DNA from: Pyrinomonadaceae bacterium
GTDB taxonomy: Bacteria > Acidobacteriota > Blastocatellia > Pyrinomonadales > Pyrinomonadaceae
Direction: 5' to 3'
Length of the DNA stretch: 64,000 bases
Assembly: GCA_046313635.1 (NCBI GenBank)
Contig: JBKBYA010000001.1
Coordinates: 652,340-716,339, forward strand
Positions 58,185-64,000 of this stretch are shown one piece after another. The notes beneath the pieces are model-generated. The model saw only the letters and a list, made by a program, of their open reading frames with translations. It was not told the origin of the DNA and made no database searches. A program made the translations under genes and the position numbers. Each line of letters starts with the position of its first letter. Within the stretch, counting starts at the first letter, position 1.

Positions 58185-59507
58185 ATGAAATTCGTTCGCT
58201 ATTCCAAGTTCAGCGGCTTTGACGTCTTTGGCGTAGATCTCGGCGGGCTGATGGACGCGCTCGCCGACAGGCTGCTCGACTCGGGATATTCGGACGATTA
58301 CTGGTGGACGCGTTCGAGGCAGGAGCCGGACGACTCGCTTGATGCGCTGCGGCAGGCGATACTGCAGGCGCTGCTCGACAACGAGATTATCAGTGAGCGC
58401 GACGTCGAGAAGATGCTTGCCGACAACGGCGGCAAGTTTAAGGGCTCGCTGCTTGAGGAGCTGATCAATAAACTTATCGAGCGGCTCGTCGACGAAGGAT
58501 ATTTGAACCTTAAAGAAGTGCCGCAGCAGCAGGTGCAGGGAAATGGCGGCGGCATGGGCGAGATCGGCGAGGCGATGCCACGCGATGTGCGATTTGAGGT
58601 GACGGAGAAAGGCCTCGACTTTCTGGGCTACAAGACGCTGCAGAAGCTCCTCGGCAGTCTCGGCCGATCTTCGGTCGGGCGGCATCAGACGCATTATCTC
58701 GATACCGGCGTCGAGGCGGCGCTAAGTTCCAAGCTCTACGAATTCGGCGACACGATCAATCTCGACGTCAACGCGACGCTGCTATCTGCGATCTCGCGCG
58801 ACGGCCTCAAAGTCCCGATCGAACTCGAGTACAAGGACCTGCACGTGCACCAGCAGGATTACAGCTCGTCGTGCGCGACGGTGGTGATGCTTGACTGCTC
58901 GCACTCGATGATCCTCTACGGCGAAGACCGCTTTACGCCGGCCAAGAAGGTGACGCTCGCGCTCGCGCATCTGATCCGCACGCAGTATCCGGGCGATTCG
59001 CTGAAGATCGTTCTCTTTCACGACGGTGCCGAAGAGCTGCCGCTTGCGCGGCTTGCTTCGACGCAGGTCGGGCCGTATCACACGAACACGGCCGAGGGCC
59101 TCAAGCTCGCACGCCGCCTGCTTACCGCGCAGCGAAAGGAGATGAAGCAGATCGTCATGGTCACCGACGGCAAGCCGACCGCGGCCTTTGTCGAGCCGTC
59201 GACGATGGCGTACTTCGGCTATCGCAAATACTCGAGCCGGATGCCCGGCGACAAGCGCCTTCTGTACAAAAACTCGATGGGCAACGACCCCTTCGTGATG
59301 GCCGAGACCTTCAAGGAAGTGCAGGCGTGCCGCAAGGCGGGCATTATGATCAACACGTTCATGCTTGCGAGCGACACGTACCTCATCGATTTCGTCAAGC
59401 GAATGACGGCGATGACGCGCGGCAAGGCTTATTTTGCGAATCCGAACAACCTGTCGCAGTTCGTGCTGATGGATTTCCTCCGCCGGCGAACGAGCCGCGT
59501 GCGGTGA
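58185..59507 (+). CDS. VWA domain protein, likely partner of the AAA+ ATPase
   Basis: MIDAS motif DCSHS, TNT, VTDGKPT. Confidence 0.88.
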   Translation: MKFVRYSKFSGFDVFGVDLGGLMDALADRLLDSGYSDDYWWTRSRQEPDDSLDALRQAILQALLDNEIISERDVEKMLADNGGKFKGSLLEELINKLIERLVDEGYLNLKEVPQQQVQGNGGGMGEIGEAMPRDVRFEVTEKGLDFLGYKTLQKLLGSLGRSSVGRHQTHYLDTGVEAALSSKLYEFGDTINLDVNATLLSAISRDGLKVPIELEYKDLHVHQQDYSSSCATVVMLDCSHSMILYGEDRFTPAKKVTLALAHLIRTQYPGDSLKIVLFHDGAEELPLARLASTQVGPYHTNTAEGLKLARRLLTAQRKEMKQIVMVTDGKPTAAFVEPSTMAYFGYRKYSSRMPGDKRLLYKNSMGNDPFVMAETFKEVQACRKAGIMINTFMLASDTYLIDFVKRMTAMTRGKAYFANPNNLSQFVLMDFLRRRTSRVR

Positions 59508-59608
59508 GACCGGCGCGCGGTTTTGTGATAATCTTTTCTCGCAAAAAAAGTATCAGCGGCCGACGGCCTCGAATCGGCTTTTCCGCATTAATTCTGAGCT
59601 ACAACTGA

Positions 59609-60454
59609 ATGCTGAAGAACGAACTTCACGACAAGACGTGGTTTTACGACCTGGAGTGGATACCCGATCCGCGCGGGGCGCGTCGTCTGCTCGATCTCGC
59701 CGAGGAGATGCCCGACCACGAGGCGATGCAGGCGCTCTGGAAGCACTGCGGCGCGACCGACGAGGAGCCGAGACCTTTTGTGAAGTACCTCTTTTCGCGG
59801 GTCGTCTCGATAGCGTTCCTCTCGCGCAACGTCGTCTTTCGCGACGGCGTCAAGACGATCGAATTCAAGCTCTACTCGCTGCCGAAGCTGCCGCTCAACG
59901 GCGACCCGACCGCGACCGAGGAATCGGCGATCATCGGGCAGTTCCTGCACTACGTCGGCGAGCGAGACCCGTATCTCGTCGGCTACAATTCGGCCGCGTC
60001 CGACCTGCAGGTGCTCGTTCAGCGAAGTCTGGTCAACGAGATCACGGCGCCGAAATTCTGCCTCGTGCCGTCAAAGCCGTGGGAGGGCCGCGACTATTTT
60101 TACCGCTACAGCGAGGAGCACCTCGACCTGCTGCGGCTGCTGTCGAACGGCAAGATGACGCCGCGGCTCGACGAGATCGCAAAGCTCTGCGGATTCCCGG
60201 GCAAGATCGACGTCGACGGCAAGCAGGTCGTCGACCTATGGCTCGCCGGTGAACTGCAGAAGATCGTCGAGTACAACCAGATCGACGTGCTTAATACGTA
60301 TCTCGTCTGGCTGCGCGTCGTGTACTTTTGCGGCAAGCTCACCGACGAGAAGTATCACGAGGAACTCGAGCTGTTTCGCGCGTTTCTCGAGGACGAGGCC
60401 CAAGACCCGAACAAGGCCCACGTGCGGCAGTTTGTCGAAGCGTGGGTTATGTGA
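59609..60454 (+). CDS. PolB-like 3'-5' exonuclease (DEDDy)
   Basis: YDLE, GYNSAASD, GFPGK, YNQIDVLNTY. Confidence 0.85.
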   Translation: MLKNELHDKTWFYDLEWIPDPRGARRLLDLAEEMPDHEAMQALWKHCGATDEEPRPFVKYLFSRVVSIAFLSRNVVFRDGVKTIEFKLYSLPKLPLNGDPTATEESAIIGQFLHYVGERDPYLVGYNSAASDLQVLVQRSLVNEITAPKFCLVPSKPWEGRDYFYRYSEEHLDLLRLLSNGKMTPRLDEIAKLCGFPGKIDVDGKQVVDLWLAGELQKIVEYNQIDVLNTYLVWLRVVYFCGKLTDEKYHEELELFRAFLEDEAQDPNKAHVRQFVEAWVM

Positions 60455-60548
60455 TCGGGCGAGTGCCCGCACGTAGCGGCATCAAGGCCGCGCGATATCA
60501 GAGCGCCGGCCGGCGCTCGCTCGGTCCCGAACTCGAACAAATCGAAAG

Positions 60549-61373
60549 ATGCCTTCTAACTCGTTCAAGATCGGCAAGATCTACCAGGAAAACTGCATCA
60601 AGACCCTTGGCGAGCGCGTGCCCGACGACGCGATCGACATGACGCTGACGAGCCCGCCGTACGACGACCTGCGCGACTACAACGGCTATCATTTCCCGGT
60701 CGAGGAGATCGCGGCCCTGCTTTTTCAGAAGACGAAGCCCGGCGGCGTCGTCGTCTGGGTCGTCGGCGACCGCACGTACAACGGCAGCGAATCGCTGACG
60801 AGCTTTCAGCACGCTTTTGTTTTTCGCGACGCGGGATTCAAGGTGCACGACACGATGATCTACGCTAAGAACAACCCGATCCCGTCGGACTGCGGCAAGC
60901 GCTACCGGCAGTCGTTCGAGTATATGTTCTGCTTTTCGAAGGGCTCGCCGGCGACCTTTAACCCGATCACGGAACCGACCAAGTCCGCGGGTCAAAAGAT
61001 CAAGGCATTTCGCATCACCGGCAAAGGCCGCGGCAACGTGCCCGACGAGGACATCGGCCGAAAGATCAAGACGGAAAAAAAGGTCAGCAACATCTTCAGC
61101 TACAACGTCGGCACGTCGTCGTCGGAGGATAAGATCGCGTTCGAGCATCCGGCCATCTTTCCCGAGCAGCTCGCGCTCGACCAGATCTCGACCTGGACCA
61201 ACGAGGGCGACCTCGTTTACGACTGCTTTATGGGCAGCGGCACGACCGCCAAGGCGGCGACGGAGCTCGGTCGGCGTTGGTTCGGCAGCGAGATCTCGGG
61301 CGAATACGTCCGCATAGCCGAGCAGCGGCTGCGGGCTTTTGCCGCTGTGCGGGCAAACGGGCACGTCCGATGA
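60549..61373 (+). CDS. Orphan beta-class N4-C/N6-A DNA methyltransferase
   Basis: TSPPY precedes HPAIFP and DCFMGSGTT. Confidence 0.9.
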   Translation: MPSNSFKIGKIYQENCIKTLGERVPDDAIDMTLTSPPYDDLRDYNGYHFPVEEIAALLFQKTKPGGVVVWVVGDRTYNGSESLTSFQHAFVFRDAGFKVHDTMIYAKNNPIPSDCGKRYRQSFEYMFCFSKGSPATFNPITEPTKSAGQKIKAFRITGKGRGNVPDEDIGRKIKTEKKVSNIFSYNVGTSSSEDKIAFEHPAIFPEQLALDQISTWTNEGDLVYDCFMGSGTTAKAATELGRRWFGSEISGEYVRIAEQRLRAFAAVRANGHVR

Positions 61374-61440
61374 CCAACTATTCGCGGCTGCGGGGCGTCT
61401 ATTGGACGTCGGTCAAAATTTGTCTCCGGAGTTAAGAGTT

Positions 61441-62004
61441 ATGAAGAAACTGTTTTTGCCCGCGCTCCTCACGACGATCGCGCTGTCGGCAGCCGCCTAC
61501 GCACAGCCTCGCCCGGCCGAAAGGTCGACGACGCCCGCCGGCCAGTCGGCCAGCTCGGCCCCAGCGCCCGCGACATTCGCCGCCAAGTACGAGGGCGGGA
61601 TGTTTGGCTACAGCGAAAAGCTGAAGGGCACGCTCAAGTTTGACGACGCCAACGAGCGGCTCGTTTTTATCGGCGAAGACCAAAAGGAGCTGTTCGCCTT
61701 CCCGTACAGATCGGTGCTCGTCATTTATCCACAATCGCGTTCGGTCCGCTCGACCACCGGAACGGTCGTCAGCGCCGTGCCGCTGCCCGGTGCTGGACTG
61801 GCCGGGCTGATCCGCGAAAAACGTCGATATATGGTGATGCAGTTCTCAGATCCGGATGCGGACGTCCGCGGGGTCGTGAATTTTAAATTCGAGAATAAGG
61901 AGCTGCTCGACCAGGCCATCCGCGCGCTGGGCGAAAAGTCGGGCCTTCAGCAGCGAGGCGACGCGTACTACCGGCCGCGGACGCCGGCCAAACCCGCGAT
62001 CTAA
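61441..62004 (+). CDS. Secreted hypothetical protein
   Basis: Signal peptide MKKLFLPALL; preceded by AAC-N17-CGTC at 61376-61399. Confidence 0.75.
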   Translation: MKKLFLPALLTTIALSAAAYAQPRPAERSTTPAGQSASSAPAPATFAAKYEGGMFGYSEKLKGTLKFDDANERLVFIGEDQKELFAFPYRSVLVIYPQSRSVRSTTGTVVSAVPLPGAGLAGLIREKRRYMVMQFSDPDADVRGVVNFKFENKELLDQAIRALGEKSGLQQRGDAYYRPRTPAKPAI

Positions 62005-62720
62005 CGGAGATCGCCGAATCTATTTTGCAGCAGGGCCGAGATCGCGATCGACGCGGTCTCGGCCCTCAGTATTCGCCCGCCGAGCGTGACGATGCGAACG
62101 CCCGCGGCGACCGCCGCGTCAAGCTCGGAGTCGTCCCAACCGCCTTCGGGACCGATAAAGGCGATCATCTTTCCCGACCCCGTGACCGAATCGAGCGGCG
62201 AGCCGCCGCGTTCGGAGAAGAGAAGTCTTGCCGCCGCCCGATCGTCGTCGAGCGCCGGCTGCAAATCGGTCGGCTCATCGACCGCCGTAAGCGTCGCGCG
62301 GCCCGATTGCTTGGCGGCCTCGAGCGCGATCCTGCGCCAGCGTTCGACGCGGCCGGTCGAGCCTTTGAGCTTGACGTCGCCGCGACGCGTGACGAGCGGA
62401 ACGATGCGGCGAATGCCGAGCTCGACCGCTTTTTGCACGACAAGATCGAACTTTTCGCCCTTCAGTATCGCCGCCGCGAGCGTCAGATCGAGCGGCGACT
62501 CGGGCGCCGCCGGAGCGACGCGTTCGACCAAACGGACCGTCGCCGAGCGTCGGCCTGCCTCGACGATCTCGCAGACAAACTCGCCGCCCTCGCCGTCAAA
62601 GACGTATATCCTTTCGCCCGCCTTCAGACGAAGCACGTCGCGAAGATGGCGGGCTTCGTCGTCCGCGAGAGTGACCGTATCGGCCGCGAATTTATCTCTC
62701 GGTGCGTAAAACCTGTGCAT
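62001..62720 (-). CDS. rsmE: 16S rRNA m3U1498 methyltransferase
   Basis: HLRDVLRL, QKAVELG, IGPEGG, LGGRILRAETA. Confidence 0.95.
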   Translation of the reverse strand: MHRFYAPRDKFAADTVTLADDEARHLRDVLRLKAGERIYVFDGEGGEFVCEIVEAGRRSATVRLVERVAPAAPESPLDLTLAAAILKGEKFDLVVQKAVELGIRRIVPLVTRRGDVKLKGSTGRVERWRRIALEAAKQSGRATLTAVDEPTDLQPALDDDRAAARLLFSERGGSPLDSVTGSGKMIAFIGPEGGWDDSELDAAVAAGVRIVTLGGRILRAETASIAISALLQNRFGDLR

Positions 62721-62725
62721 CGTCT

Positions 62726-63289
62726 CTATCCGTTGTCGTTGCCAAAGACCTTTTTGAATTCACTCGACGCCCGCCGCAGCCTGATCCAGTTTTGCCAGAG
62801 CTCGGGCGTCTGCAGCCAGATCGTCAGCCATTGAGCGATCTCGGCGTCGCGCCGGCGCTCGGCCGCGGGACGCGAGCGCGGCGCGGCAAGAAGCTTCTTT
62901 TTTGCCTCGATCGCGTGTGAACGCAGCTCGCGAAGCGCGTCGCGCTCGTTGTCGGCCGCGAGACTTCGACGCCGAGCCTCGAGCGAGTCGATCGTGCGGA
63001 CCGCCGCGTCGAACGACTCAAAATTCATCAGACTCTCGACCGACCTCGCTTCGCCGATCTCGGCCTCGCGACGTATGACCCAGAGCTGCATTATCTCGGC
63101 GTGCCGCAGCACCGCGCCCTCGTCGGCCAGCAGCCGTGCGATACGCATCGGCGATTCGACGGCGGCCCGGCCAAAGCGGCCTTCGACCGCCGACTCGATC
63201 GCTTCGATCTCGGCCGCGCCGACGCTCTCGCAGTCGAGCTTTTCCCAAACCTCGATCATCAGGTCGTGCTTTGTGCGTGACTGCCACAT
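62726..63289 (-). CDS. Hypothetical protein
   Basis: Tightly packed in the minus-strand operon; EIAQWLTIWLQTPE. Confidence 0.7.
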   Translation of the reverse strand: MWQSRTKHDLMIEVWEKLDCESVGAAEIEAIESAVEGRFGRAAVESPMRIARLLADEGAVLRHAEIMQLWVIRREAEIGEARSVESLMNFESFDAAVRTIDSLEARRRSLAADNERDALRELRSHAIEAKKKLLAAPRSRPAAERRRDAEIAQWLTIWLQTPELWQNWIRLRRASSEFKKVFGNDNG

Positions 63290-63312
63290 CGCTAGGAAAA
63301 GGCCGGGAAAGG

Positions 63313-63810
63313 TCAGCCGCGTTCGCCGATGCGGCGGATCAGTTCGGTGGACGAGTGATCTTTAGGATCGCCGACGATCGCCACCCGGCCGCCGCATTCG
63401 CGGACGATCTCTCGCTCGGGCACCGAGTCGACGGTGTAATCGGTGCCCTTTGCATGAAAGTCCGGCCGGATCGCGCGGATCAGCTCTTCAACCGTCGGCT
63501 CGTCAAAGATCGTGACCGCATCGACGCACCTGAGCGCGGCGACGATCTCGGCGCGTTCCCGCTCGTCGATGTACGGGCGGCCTTCGCCTTTGAGCCCGCG
63601 TACCTGGCGGTCCGAGTTGATGCCGACGACAAGAAAGCCTCCGAGCGACTTTGCTCCGACGAGATATCGGACGTGGCCCGCGTGAAACAGGTCAAAGCAG
63701 CCGTTTGCGAGGATAATGGCCCTGCCGCGCGAACGCTCGCCGGCAACAAGGGCCGACAGCTCTCTGCGGTCGAGCACGGGGGCGGCGAGATCTTGCAGCT
63801 CGGTGCTCAT
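63313..63810 (-). CDS. rfaE2: ADP-heptose adenylyltransferase (RfaE domain II)
   Basis: [28 protein letters not shown]. Confidence 0.85.
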   Translation of the reverse strand: MSTELQDLAAPVLDRRELSALVAGERSRGRAIILANGCFDLFHAGHVRYLVGAKSLGGFLVVGINSDRQVRGLKGEGRPYIDERERAEIVAALRCVDAVTIFDEPTVEELIRAIRPDFHAKGTDYTVDSVPEREIVRECGGRVAIVGDPKDHSSTELIRRIGERG

Positions 63811-64000
63811 GCTCCGGCCTCCCCGGCCGCGAGGTCGCCGCCTGAGAGCGACGCCGACAGCTCTTCGGCCGAGACGGCCGCGGTGCCGCGCTTCATTACG
63901 ACGATGCCGGCCGCGTGATTTGCGATCGAGGCGGCGAGCCGCGGAGCGAGTCCCGACGCGAGGGCAAGCGAATACGCGGCGATCACGGTGTCGCCGGCGC
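63807..64000 (-). CDS. rfaE1: 3' end of a PfkB-family heptose-7-phosphate kinase (RfaE domain I); partial
   Basis: Manual translation [34 protein letters not shown]; stop overlaps the next ATG. Confidence 0.8.
   Translation of the reverse strand, partial: AGDTVIAAYSLALASGLAPRLAASIANHAAGIVVMKRGTAAVSAEELSASLSGGDLAAGEAGA

Overview
GC-rich bacterial chromosomal window of about 65 CDS. Gene content and repeat style suggest Acidobacteriota (Blastocatellia-like); this is an inference. It holds a sulfur/persulfide-handling operon (1-3993), housekeeping genes (fumC, cystathionine beta-synthase, thiO, isocitrate dehydrogenase, pepP, queE, queC, tag, ybaK, rsmE, ADP-heptose genes), many secreted peptidases, an OPT transporter, a fadN...fadA-fadE beta-oxidation cluster with a FadR-type operator, an islet of secreted-protein genes divergent from a LuxR regulator (about 46.1-55.3 kb), an AAA+/VWA pair and an orphan DNA methyltransferase. 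I recognised no rRNA, tRNA, CRISPR array or transposase. Top finding: a small membrane-protein ORF missing from the ORF track (2803-2967) inside the sulfur operon. It has an in-frame TGA followed by an fdhF-like SECIS hairpin and would carry a U-x4-C motif, so it is a candidate selenoprotein microprotein. Second theme: several families of short-unit inverted repeats and REP-like elements. They form a nested composite element found twice, flank a GxxExxY gene, and have entered coding sequences.
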